Positions 55,341 through 64,000 of a DNA stretch of 64,000 nt are shown here, piece after piece (position 1 is the stretch's first letter; every line of letters begins with the position of its first letter). The notes beneath the pieces were generated by a model that was not told the origin of the DNA, made no database searches, and saw only the letters and a list, made by a program, of their open reading frames with translations. Source of the DNA: Caulobacterales bacterium (GTDB lineage Bacteria; Pseudomonadota; Alphaproteobacteria; Caulobacterales; Caulobacteraceae); assembly GCA_038227925.1 (NCBI GenBank), contig JBBRPN010000002.1:12214-76213 (forward strand). Reading direction: 5' to 3'. The position numbers were made by a program, and so were the translations under genes.

Positions 55341-55757
55341 ATGAACGCCAAGATTCTGATCGCGGGCGTGGCCGCCGTCGCGCTCGCCGCCGGCGGCGCC
55401 TCGGCCATGACCCACCGGCACCACCACCACGGGATGCACCACCACTCCATGCGCTGGATGCGCCACCACCACATGCGGATGCATCACATGAGCCGCATCG
55501 GCATCGCCTCGCGCGTCTATGCCGAACCGGCCCAGCCGATCCCCTACGGCCAACTCGACAGCTATCTGAGCGGGCGTGGCGGCGGCGGCCAGTCGATGTC
55601 GCCTGGGGCCATGGCCGAGCCCGCCGAAGCTCCGGCCGCGCCCGAGGCGCCCATGGCGCCCGCCGCGCCGGAAGCGACGCCGGCTCCGCCGCCGCCGCCG
55701 GCCATGCCCGAAACGCCGCCGGCTCCGCCGCCGCCGCCGCCGGCGTCACCGAACTAG
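55341..55757 (+). CDS. Secreted His/Met-rich, Pro-rich low-complexity protein
   Basis: GGAG SD, signal peptide, HRHHHHGMHHHSMRWMRHHHMRMHHM, then YAEPAQPIPYGQLDSYL and a poly-Pro tail. Confidence 0.75.
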   Translation: MNAKILIAGVAAVALAAGGASAMTHRHHHHGMHHHSMRWMRHHHMRMHHMSRIGIASRVYAEPAQPIPYGQLDSYLSGRGGGGQSMSPGAMAEPAEAPAAPEAPMAPAAPEATPAPPPPPAMPETPPAPPPPPPASPN

Positions 55758-55799
55758 AACGCGTTAACGCCTCCCTCCCCGCGCGGGAGGGGGGCCGTT

Positions 55800-57425
55800 C
55801 TAGCCTTCCAGCACCGCATAGGCCGGCACGGTGAGGAACTCCTCGCATGCCGCCGCCAGGCCCATGTCGGAAAACAGCTTGATCGCCTCGGCGAACCGGC
55901 CGGCCTCGAAGGTGTGCGGCATGGCCGCCTTGAGCGCCGCCATCTCCTGGGCCAACAGCGCCTTGAAGAGCGCCGCCGTCACCACGCGGCCGTCGTCCAG
56001 GCGCGCGTCGCGGACGATCCACTGCCAGATTTGGGCGCGGGCGATTTCGGCGGTGGCGGCGTCCTCCATCAGATCGTAGAGCGGCACGGCGCCCCGCCCG
56101 CGCAGCCAAGCCTCGATGTATCGGACCCCGACCCGGATGTTCTCGCGCAGGCCGTGGTCGGTGCGCGCGCCTTCGTGGACCTTCAACATGTCCTCGCGCG
56201 AGACCGAAACATCGGCGCGAAGCCGGCCCAGTTGGTTCGCCGCCGGCATCAGCCGGTCGAAGACTTCCACGGCCAACGGGACCAGATCGGGGTGGGCGAC
56301 CCAGGTGCCGTCGTGGCCGTCGCCCGCCTCGCGCTCCTTGTCGGCGCGGACCTTGGCGAAGGCGGCTTCGTTGGCCGCTGGGTCGCCCTTGACCGGAATC
56401 TGCGCCGCCATGCCGCCCATGGCGAAGGCCCCGCGCCGGTGGCAGGTCTGGATCAGTTTCAGCGAATAGGCGCGCAGGAACGCCGCGCCCATGCCCATGA
56501 CCGCTCGGTCCGGGGTCAAGGTCCCCGACTGGCGGCCCAGGCGCTTGATGTAGGAGAAGATATAGTCCCAGCGGCCGCAGTTGAGGCCGGCCATGTGGTC
56601 CCGCAGCTCGTAGAGGATTTCGTCCATCTCGAAGGCAGCCGGCAGGGTCTCGATCAGCACCGTCGCCTTGATGGTTCCCACCGGAATACCCAACGCGCCC
56701 TGGGCGTGGACGAAGACGTCGTTCCACAGCCGCGCCTCCAGGTGGGATTCCAGTTTCGGCAGATAGAAGTAGGGACCGGTCTCCGCCGCGATCTGCGCCT
56801 GGGCGTTGTGGAAGAAATAGAGGCCGAAGTCGAAGAGAGCGCCGGCCATGGGCTCACCGTCCACGGTCAGGTGCTTTTCCGGCAGATGCCAGCCGCGCGG
56901 GCGGACCATGAGGACGGCGGGCCGAGATCCCAGAGCGTAGGCCTTGCCGCTGACGCCGTCGGTGAAGGCCAGAGTCCCGGCCCAGCGGTCCTTCAGATTG
57001 ATCTGGCCGTCGATGAGGTTGGCCCAGGTGGGCGAGGTGGCGTCTTCGAAATCGGCCATGAACACCTTGGCCCCGCTGTTGAGGGCGTTGATGATCATCT
57101 TGCGGTCGGTGGGGCCGGTGATCTCCACCCGCCGGTCCATCAGGTCGGCCGGGATGGGCGCGACCTTCCAGTCGCCGTCGCGGATGGCCTTGGTCGAGGC
57201 GAGAAAATCCGGGCGCTCCCCGGCGTCGAACCGCGTTTGCCGCTCCGCCCGCGCCGCCAGCAACTCGCGCCTCCGCCCGTCGAACCGCCGGTGCAGCCCG
57301 GCCAGGAACTCCAGCGCCTCGGGCGTGAGGATCTCGCCGGCGCGGCCGGTGACGGGGGCGTGTATCTTCGGAGCGCGGGCTTCCAGCCCGCTCTTATCGG
57401 CGTCGAGACTGGCGGCGAAACTCAT
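55800..57425 (-). CDS. aceB: Malate synthase A
   Basis: DRRVEITGP, MADFED, VRPRGWHL, LNCGRWDYIFS and LMEDAATAEI. ATG 57425. Confidence 0.95.
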   Translation of the reverse strand: MSFAASLDADKSGLEARAPKIHAPVTGRAGEILTPEALEFLAGLHRRFDGRRRELLAARAERQTRFDAGERPDFLASTKAIRDGDWKVAPIPADLMDRRVEITGPTDRKMIINALNSGAKVFMADFEDATSPTWANLIDGQINLKDRWAGTLAFTDGVSGKAYALGSRPAVLMVRPRGWHLPEKHLTVDGEPMAGALFDFGLYFFHNAQAQIAAETGPYFYLPKLESHLEARLWNDVFVHAQGALGIPVGTIKATVLIETLPAAFEMDEILYELRDHMAGLNCGRWDYIFSYIKRLGRQSGTLTPDRAVMGMGAAFLRAYSLKLIQTCHRRGAFAMGGMAAQIPVKGDPAANEAAFAKVRADKEREAGDGHDGTWVAHPDLVPLAVEVFDRLMPAANQLGRLRADVSVSREDMLKVHEGARTDHGLRENIRVGVRYIEAWLRGRGAVPLYDLMEDAATAEIARAQIWQWIVRDARLDDGRVVTAALFKALLAQEMAALKAAMPHTFEAGRFAEAIKLFSDMGLAAACEEFLTVPAYAVLEG

Positions 57426-57479
57426 CAAGCGTTCCTGCTTTACGGTCAAGGAGCGGGCTGGAAGCCCGCGCTCCGAAGA
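57365..57479. repeat. Perfect 29-bp REP-like inverted repeat enclosing the aceB start
   Basis: 57365-57393 (TCTTCGGAGCGCGGGCTTCCAGCCCGCTC) is the exact reverse complement of 57451-57479. Confidence 0.9.
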
Positions 57480-57488
57480 CTCGATACC

Positions 57489-58775
57489 CTACGCCGCTTC
57501 CTTCTTGAACTGCGCGCTTTCCGTGGAATCCCCGAGCGCCGTCGTCGAGGACGCGCCGCCGGAAATGGTCTGGGCCACTTGGTCGAAATAGCCGGTGCCG
57601 ACCTCCCGCTGGTGGCGGGTGGCGGAATAGCCGTGCGCCTCGGAGGCGAACTCGGCCTCCTGCAGTTCCGAATAGGCGGCCATGCCGCGTTCCTTGTAGC
57701 CACGCGCCAGTTCGAACATGCCGTGGTTGAGGCTGTGAAAGCCGGCCAGCGTTACGAATTGAAATTTGTAGCCCATGGCCCCCAGTTCGCGCTGGAATTT
57801 GGCGATGGTGGCCTTGTCGATATTGGCCCCCCAGTTGAACGACGGCGAGCAGTTGTAGGCCATCAGCTTGGCCGGGTACTGGGCCAGCACCGCCTCGGCG
57901 AACTGGCGCGCTTCGCCAAGGTCGGGACGGGAAGTCTCCCACCACAGCACGTCGGCGTAGGGCGTGTAGGCGAGGCCGCGGGCGATGCAGTGGGCCACGC
58001 CCGTCCCCTCCTTCAGATGGTGGAAACCCTCCGGGGTGCGCTCGCCCGGCGCGATGAAGGCGCGGTCGCGCTCATCCACGTCAGAGGTGATGAGTTTGGC
58101 CGATTCGGCGTCGGTGCGGGCGAAGGTGAGGGTCGGGACGCCGCAGACGTCGGCGGCCAGGCGGGCGGCGATGAGATTGCGGATGTGGGCCGAGGTGGGG
58201 ATCAGCACCTTGCCGCCCATGTGGCCGCACTTCTTTTCCGAGGCGAGCTGGTCCTCGAAGTGGACGCCGGCCGCCCCGGCCTCGATGAACGCCTTCATGA
58301 TCTCGAAGCTGTTCAAGGGTCCGCCGAAACCGGCCTCGGCGTCGGCGACGATGGGCAGGAACCAGTCGCGCCCCGCGCCGCCCTCGGCGTGCTCGATCTG
58401 GTCGGCGCGCTGGAGGGTGCGGTTGATCTTGCGACACAGTTCCGGCGCGGCGTTGGCCGGATAGAGGCTCTGGTCGGGATACATGGCCCCGGCGGTGTTG
58501 TTGTCGGCCGCCACCTGCCAGCCGGAGAGATAGACCGCCTTGAGGCCGGCCCGGGCCATCTGCATGGCCTGGTTGCCGGTCACCGCGCCCAGGGCGTTCA
58601 CATACGGTTCGCTTTTGAGCGATTTCCACAGCCGGTTGGCGCCGCGTTCAGCCAGCGTGTGGGCGATTGGGAAGGAGCCGCGCAGCTTTTCAACGTCTGC
58701 GGGGCCGTAGGGCCGCTCGATGCCCGCGAAGCGTCCCGCGGGCGCGCCCGGTACCAGTTTGTCGAAGCCGCTCAT
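57489..58775 (-). CDS. aceA: Isocitrate lyase
   Basis: [28 protein letters not shown] and [11 protein letters not shown]. Confidence 0.97.
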   Translation of the reverse strand: MSGFDKLVPGAPAGRFAGIERPYGPADVEKLRGSFPIAHTLAERGANRLWKSLKSEPYVNALGAVTGNQAMQMARAGLKAVYLSGWQVAADNNTAGAMYPDQSLYPANAAPELCRKINRTLQRADQIEHAEGGAGRDWFLPIVADAEAGFGGPLNSFEIMKAFIEAGAAGVHFEDQLASEKKCGHMGGKVLIPTSAHIRNLIAARLAADVCGVPTLTFARTDAESAKLITSDVDERDRAFIAPGERTPEGFHHLKEGTGVAHCIARGLAYTPYADVLWWETSRPDLGEARQFAEAVLAQYPAKLMAYNCSPSFNWGANIDKATIAKFQRELGAMGYKFQFVTLAGFHSLNHGMFELARGYKERGMAAYSELQEAEFASEAHGYSATRHQREVGTGYFDQVAQTISGGASSTTALGDSTESAQFKKEAA

Positions 58776-58915
58776 GTCATCCCCTCACAATGATTGCGTC
58801 ACGGCTTATCGTTAATCCGGCACCGCGGGCGGGAGAAGTATGCATATCAACGGAAAAGCTATTGAGTCAAAACGAGACCTTGTCACAATGGTAAAAAATA
58901 TAACAAATCGGAATC

Positions 58916-60328
58916 ATGGCGCTGGCTCCTGAACGCAAGCTCTTCCTGGGCGTGCGCCTCAAACGCATCCGCCGCGAGCTCGGCCTCACCCAGACCCGCA
59001 TGGCCGAGGACCTGGGGGTCTCGCCCAGCTACCTCAATCTCCTGGAGCGCAACCAGCGCCCGCTCACCGCCCAGGTTCTGCTGCGCCTGGCCCAGACCTA
59101 CGACATCGACATCCGCACCCTTTCCAGCGACGCCGACGCCGCCGGGGCGCGGGATCTGGGCGAGGTGATGGCCGACCCGCTGTTCCGCGACCTGGCCATC
59201 CCCCGCCACGAAATCGCCGAGGTGGCCGAAAACGCCCCCGGCGTGGCCGACGCCCTGGTGCGGCTTTACCGCGCCTGGGCCGACCGGCGCCGCCTCACCG
59301 ATCTGGGGGCCGGCGAGGCGCCGTCCGGCGCCCCCTCGGACTGGGTGCGCGACTTCATCCAGGCCCAGCGCAACTACTTCCCCGAACTGGACGAGATGGG
59401 CGAGGCCCTGGCCGCCGACCTGGCCCCCGAACTTGGGGGCTTCGCCGCCGCCGCCCGGGCCCGCCTGGCCGAGCGTCACGGGATCGAGGTCCGCGTGGTG
59501 CCCCGCGACGTGCTGCCCGATTCGGTGCGCCGCTACGACCGCCATCGCCGCCGGCTGATGCTCTCGGAAGGGCTGGGCGGGCCGGGGCGGGCCTTCGCGG
59601 CGGCCTATCAGCTGGCGCTCCAGGAGCACGACATCGACCTGGTGGCCGCCGTCGCCCGCGCCGCGCCGCCCGACGCCCCCACCGCCCGGCTGCTCAAGGT
59701 CTCCCTGGCCAACTACCTGGCCGCCGCCGCCATGATGCCCTACGAGCGGTTCCGCGAGGCCTGCGAGGGCGCCGGTCACGACATCGAACTGATCCGCGCC
59801 CGATTCGGGGCCAGTTTCGAGCAGGTCTGCCATCGCCTGACCACCCTCTCGCGGCCCAACGCCCGGGGGGTGCCGTTCTTCATGCTGCGGGTGGACAGCG
59901 CCGGCAATGTCTCCAAGCGGTTCGCCGGCGGGGCCTTTCCCTTCTCGCGCTTCGGCGGCGCCTGCCCCCGCTGGCGGATCCATTCGGCCTTCCGCTCGCC
60001 GGGGCGAATTCTCACCCAGATCGTCGAGACGCCGGACGGGGCCCGCTATTTCACCCTGGCCCGCACCGTCCGGCGCATCGCCTCGCCGCACGCCGAAGAG
60101 GACTCCGAACTGGCTATCGGCCTCGGCTGTGAGCTGAAATACGCGCCGCGCCTGATCTACGCCCGGGGCCTCGATCTGGCCGATCCGGCGGTGACCCAGA
60201 TCGGTCCGGCCTGCCGGGTGTGCGAGCGCCCCGCCTGCCCGCAGCGCGCCGCCGAGCCGGCCGGCCGCACCCTGACCATCGACGACTTCACCAAATCCAT
60301 CTCCCCCTACCCCTTCGCGGCGGGCTGA
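58916..60328 (+). CDS. Short-chain fatty acyl-CoA regulator (RamB/ScfR, XRE family)
   Basis: XRE HTH SPSYLNLLERNQRPLT, SFEQVCHRLTTL and C-terminal CRVCERPACPQRA. Divergent from aceAB. Confidence 0.92.
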   Translation: MALAPERKLFLGVRLKRIRRELGLTQTRMAEDLGVSPSYLNLLERNQRPLTAQVLLRLAQTYDIDIRTLSSDADAAGARDLGEVMADPLFRDLAIPRHEIAEVAENAPGVADALVRLYRAWADRRRLTDLGAGEAPSGAPSDWVRDFIQAQRNYFPELDEMGEALAADLAPELGGFAAAARARLAERHGIEVRVVPRDVLPDSVRRYDRHRRRLMLSEGLGGPGRAFAAAYQLALQEHDIDLVAAVARAAPPDAPTARLLKVSLANYLAAAAMMPYERFREACEGAGHDIELIRARFGASFEQVCHRLTTLSRPNARGVPFFMLRVDSAGNVSKRFAGGAFPFSRFGGACPRWRIHSAFRSPGRILTQIVETPDGARYFTLARTVRRIASPHAEEDSELAIGLGCELKYAPRLIYARGLDLADPAVTQIGPACRVCERPACPQRAAEPAGRTLTIDDFTKSISPYPFAAG

Positions 60329-60514
60329 GCATATTTTTCCCACTCTTGCGTCCCCTCGGCCACAGTGCGGCAATTGTTTGTCGGTTTGGCGCCACTGAAC
60401 GGTTGACGCCCCCAGGGCGATGGCTCAGTTTCCGATCCGAACATCTGTTGGCTTTCAGGCCCAAGGATGCTTGGCAAATTACGGATCCGGCCTTCGACCG
60501 GGCGGGGAGGAACC

Positions 60515-63415
60515 ATGAAGAAGCATATCCTGTCGATGTCCTGCGCCGTGAGCGCCCTGGTGTTGTCCGGAGGCGGCGCTTATGCGGCGGCGGCCGGCGC
60601 GGCCGCCACGGCCGCCGACACCAGCCCGGGCACCACCATCGGCGAGCTGGTGGTCACCGCCGAGCGGCGCGAGGAAAATCTGCAGGATACGCCCATCGCG
60701 GTGTCCGCCTTCTCCGGCGACACCCTCAAGAGCAAACGCCTAGACGGCGGCCAGAACCTCATTCTTCAGATTCCCAACACCAACTATACCCGCTCCAACT
60801 TCGGCGGTTTCAACCTGAAGATCCGCGGCATCGGCGTCGATGTGGTTTCCTACAGCGGCACCACCGGAGTCAGCATCAACGAAAACGAACTGCCTGTCGC
60901 GGCCAACAATTTCGCCAACACCGACTTTTTCGACACCCAGCGCGTCGAAGTGGTGCGCGGTCCGCAGGGAACGCTCTACGGCCGCAACGCCGTCGGCGGG
61001 GCGGTCGATATCATCACCAACAAGCCCACCGACAGCTTCGGCGGCTACGCCTCGGCCGAATACGGCAACTACAACACCATCCGGGTGCAGGGCGCGGTGA
61101 ACATCCCGATCGGCGACGCCCTCGCCCTGCGCGTCGCTGGTTTTCGCCTGACCCAGGACGGTTTCGGCGAAAATCTCTATCTGAACCAGCGGGTCGACGG
61201 GCGCGACCTTGGGGCCATTCGCACGACCTTGAGCTTCAAGCCCAGCGACCGGTTCAGCGCTTATCTGATGTATGAGCACTATGGCGAGGACGACAACCGC
61301 AACCGGATCGGCAAACAGCTCTGCATCAAGGACCAGGGCCCCTCCAGCGTCGGCGGCGTGCCGATCGCCCCGGCTGGCGGTCCGATCTTCACCAACTACG
61401 CCGCCTTCCTGAACCAGGGCTGCGTGCCCGGCTCGCTCTATCAGGACGCGGCCTACGGGACGGTCAACAGCAACGCTACCTTCCTGGCCACCGGCAACCT
61501 CTTCGGCCTGAACAACGGCACCGACGTCTTCGCCAACCATCCCATGCAAAATCACAACCTGCACGACATCGAGTCGGTCGTTCAGCCCAATTACAAGGTC
61601 AATCAGGATCTAGTCGATCTCCACATGGAGTACCGGCTCACCGACAACCTCACCCTGACCTCGATCACCGGTTACAACCGGGACGTCGCGAGTTGGTCCG
61701 AGGACTATAACCGACTGGTGCCTCTGACCCCGTTCACCCCGACCGACACCGGGATCCTCCAACTGTTCGGCCTGGGCGGCATCCCGCTTCTTGCCTTCCC
61801 CAACGGCGTCGTGAACGATCCGCAGACGGGCCATTCGAACTTGTTCACCACCTTCGACCTCAGCACGGCCGAATCGAAGGAATACACACAGGAATTGCGC
61901 CTTCAATCGTCTTTCACGGGGCCGCTTAATTTCTCCGCCGGCGCCTTCTACAGCGAGGTGACCAGCAATCCGGGCGCGAATAATTACTATGTCATGAGCA
62001 ACGCGCTCACCGCTTCGGCGATCATCAACAACATCGTGAACGGAGCCCTTCTCGGCGGCCCGGTCCACATCGATCCGAACTTTCCGCCGGACGGCTCCGG
62101 CCATAACTATTACGATGCCCGCAGTGGCGGCGGCTATCTGAAATCCTATGCCGCGTTCGGCGAAATTTACTACAACATCGTGCCGACCCTGAAGCTGACC
62201 CTGGGCGGTCGCTATACGGTGGATCAACTCCTCAACATCTCCTATCCGATCTCGGTCCTGGTGGGCGTGCCCAACGGCACCCCGCTCTTTCCCAACACCA
62301 CAGGCAACCCGTTCTTCCCAGACGGGGGCGTGGGCGGCTTCCCGGACACCATCTGCACCACCTCCGCGGCGACCTGCCTGATCCCGCAGAAGGTGACCTA
62401 CCGGGAGTTTACCGGCCGCGCCAACCTGGACTGGACGCCGACCCTGTCGTTCACCGACAAGTCGCTGTTCTACGCCAGCTATTCGCGGGGCTATAAGGGT
62501 GGCGGCTTCAACACCCCCTGCCAGGCGGCCCTCGGCACCGTGGGTGCGGCCGGCGCTTCCTGCGGCTATCCTCTGGCCTATAACCCCGAATTCATCAACG
62601 CCTTCGAGATCGGCACGAAGAATACCCTAGATGGTGGCAAACTCACCCTGAACGGCGATGCGTTCTACTACGACTACAAGGGCTATCAGGTCTCCACGAT
62701 CGTCGCTAAATCGTCCGTCAACCTGAACATCAACGCCAAGATCTACGGCGCCGAATTCGAGAGTGTCTTTGAACCGATCCGCAATCTGGCCCTCAACGCC
62801 AATATCGGTTACCTCCACACCTCGATCGACAACGGCCAAAGCCAGGTCGATCAGATCAATCTGACCCAGGGCAACCCCAATTTCACCCTGATCCATGAAG
62901 CCGATGGCACGGCCTGCCTGGCGCCCACCGCCCTGCTGGCCGCCGCCATCGCCGGCGGTGAACCCGCGCCGTTCCTGGGCGGCTTCGCGGCCCTGGGCAT
63001 TCCCAACATCTGCGACGCGTCGGGCGCCCTCAAGAACGGCGTTCCGGTGGACCTGGGCGGCAAGCAGCTGCCCAATACGCCGAAGTTCACCGTTTCGGTA
63101 GGCGCCCAGTATGTCTTCGAACTGCCGCACGACTGGTTGGCGACGGTGCGCGGCGACTGGTATTGGCAGGACGACAGCTTCGCCCGCATCTTCAACGCGA
63201 TCAACGACCAGCTCAGAGGCTACTCCGTGACCAACGCCACGCTGACTTTCTCCAACGTGTCCGATGGTCTCGATGTGCAATTCTTCGTCAAAAACGCCTT
63301 CAACGCCCAGCCGATCACCGGCACCTATCTCACCAACGACACCTCGGGCCTGTTCCAGAACGTCTTCACCCTCGATCCCCGCACCTTCGGCGTCCAGCTC
63401 ACCAAGAAATTCTAG
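60515..63415 (+). CDS. TonB-dependent receptor
   Basis: GGAGG SD, signal peptide, ELVVTAERREE, RVEVVRGPQGTLYGRNA, SYSRGYKGGGFN and a C-terminal Phe. Confidence 0.93.
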   Translation: MKKHILSMSCAVSALVLSGGGAYAAAAGAAATAADTSPGTTIGELVVTAERREENLQDTPIAVSAFSGDTLKSKRLDGGQNLILQIPNTNYTRSNFGGFNLKIRGIGVDVVSYSGTTGVSINENELPVAANNFANTDFFDTQRVEVVRGPQGTLYGRNAVGGAVDIITNKPTDSFGGYASAEYGNYNTIRVQGAVNIPIGDALALRVAGFRLTQDGFGENLYLNQRVDGRDLGAIRTTLSFKPSDRFSAYLMYEHYGEDDNRNRIGKQLCIKDQGPSSVGGVPIAPAGGPIFTNYAAFLNQGCVPGSLYQDAAYGTVNSNATFLATGNLFGLNNGTDVFANHPMQNHNLHDIESVVQPNYKVNQDLVDLHMEYRLTDNLTLTSITGYNRDVASWSEDYNRLVPLTPFTPTDTGILQLFGLGGIPLLAFPNGVVNDPQTGHSNLFTTFDLSTAESKEYTQELRLQSSFTGPLNFSAGAFYSEVTSNPGANNYYVMSNALTASAIINNIVNGALLGGPVHIDPNFPPDGSGHNYYDARSGGGYLKSYAAFGEIYYNIVPTLKLTLGGRYTVDQLLNISYPISVLVGVPNGTPLFPNTTGNPFFPDGGVGGFPDTICTTSAATCLIPQKVTYREFTGRANLDWTPTLSFTDKSLFYASYSRGYKGGGFNTPCQAALGTVGAAGASCGYPLAYNPEFINAFEIGTKNTLDGGKLTLNGDAFYYDYKGYQVSTIVAKSSVNLNINAKIYGAEFESVFEPIRNLALNANIGYLHTSIDNGQSQVDQINLTQGNPNFTLIHEADGTACLAPTALLAAAIAGGEPAPFLGGFAALGIPNICDASGALKNGVPVDLGGKQLPNTPKFTVSVGAQYVFELPHDWLATVRGDWYWQDDSFARIFNAINDQLRGYSVTNATLTFSNVSDGLDVQFFVKNAFNAQPITGTYLTNDTSGLFQNVFTLDPRTFGVQLTKKF

Positions 63416-63441
63416 GGGGGCTGGGCGTCATCACAACGAAA

Positions 63442-63590
63442 CCTCCCTCCCCTTCATGGGGAGGGTGGCTTCGAGCGTAGCGAGAAGACGGGTGGGGAAC
63501 ACCGCCGAGGCGCAAATATCAGCGCGTTCTGCCGCGCGTCCCCACCCCGGTCGCTTCGCGACTCGTCGCTCCCCATGAAGGGGAGGGAGG
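63442..63590. repeat. CIR/RIME-like palindromic repeat overlapping the miaA start
   Basis: CCTCCCTCCCCTTCATGGGGAG...CTCCCCATGAAGGGGAGGGAGG. Confidence 0.85.
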
Positions 63591-64000
63591 AGTGTGGCCC
63601 CCCCATCCATCTCATCGCCGGCCCCACGGCGAGCGGCAAGTCGGCGCTGGCGCTGACCCTGGCGGCCGAGATGGGTGGCGAGATCGTGGGCGCCGATTCC
63701 ATGCAGATCTACCGCGACCTGCCCATCCTCACCGGCCAGCCGACCGCCGGTGAACGGGCGATCGTCCCCCATCACCTCTACGGCGTCGCGGGCGCCGAGG
63801 AGGCGTGGTCGGTGGGGCGCTGGCTCGTCGCCGCCCGCCAGGCCCTGGCCGACATCGCCCGCCGCGGCCGGCCGGCCGTAGTGGTCGGCGGCACGGGCCT
63901 CTACTTCCGCGCCCTGACGGTGGGGTTGGCCGACATGCCGCCCGTGCCGCGCGCCGTGCGCCGGCAGAGCGGCGCGCTGTTCGACCGCCTGGGCGAAGCC
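63575..64000 (+). CDS. miaA: tRNA dimethylallyltransferase, 3' end outside the window
   Basis: Manual translation [23 protein letters not shown]...[10 protein letters not shown]...PHHLYG...VVGGTGLYF. Confidence 0.92.
   Translation, partial: MKGREECGPPIHLIAGPTASGKSALALTLAAEMGGEIVGADSMQIYRDLPILTGQPTAGERAIVPHHLYGVAGAEEAWSVGRWLVAARQALADIARRGRPAVVVGGTGLYFRALTVGLADMPPVPRAVRRQSGALFDRLGEA

Noticed and set aside
55341-55757. Pro-rich secreted protein as substrate of the P4H-like enzymes at 2.4-4.6 kb
   Set aside because: It is 50 kb away and no sequence evidence links the two.
58776-58915. RamB/ScfR operator between aceA and its regulator
   Set aside because: An AT-rich tract is present (TGTCACAATGGTAAAAAATATAACAAAT), but I cannot define a convincing repeat.

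Overview
GC-rich alphaproteobacterial chromosome segment, most consistent with Caulobacteraceae (split metH behind sahR-metF, serC leader RNA, GTTC-N7-GTTC LexA box, CIR/RIME-like palindromic repeats). The backbone is housekeeping: pdxH, aroC, queCED, ettA, imuABC, serCA, met genes, aceAB with its regulator, and miaA. Two accessory loci stand out. (1) At 1-11.7 kb, a Cys-rich TonB-dependent receptor is followed co-directionally by six TPR/Sel1-repeat proteins: two sulfotransferases, two prolyl-4-hydroxylase-like 2OG-Fe(II) oxygenases, an Asp/Asn beta-hydroxylase and a partial TPR protein. A Pho-box-like site lies upstream. (2) At 34-39.3 kb, a DriD-like WYL regulator with a DriD-type palindrome is divergent from a tandem AAA+ ATPase, a low-GC PD-(D/E)xK nuclease with in-frame stops and vapBC, directly beside LexA-controlled imuABC. 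Also seen: palindromic repeats that supply or enclose translation starts (miaA, aceB), two chimeric gene-fragment scars, a nonsense-disrupted quinone oxidoreductase and an unannotated small membrane protein. All calls come from reading the sequence; no database searches were run.
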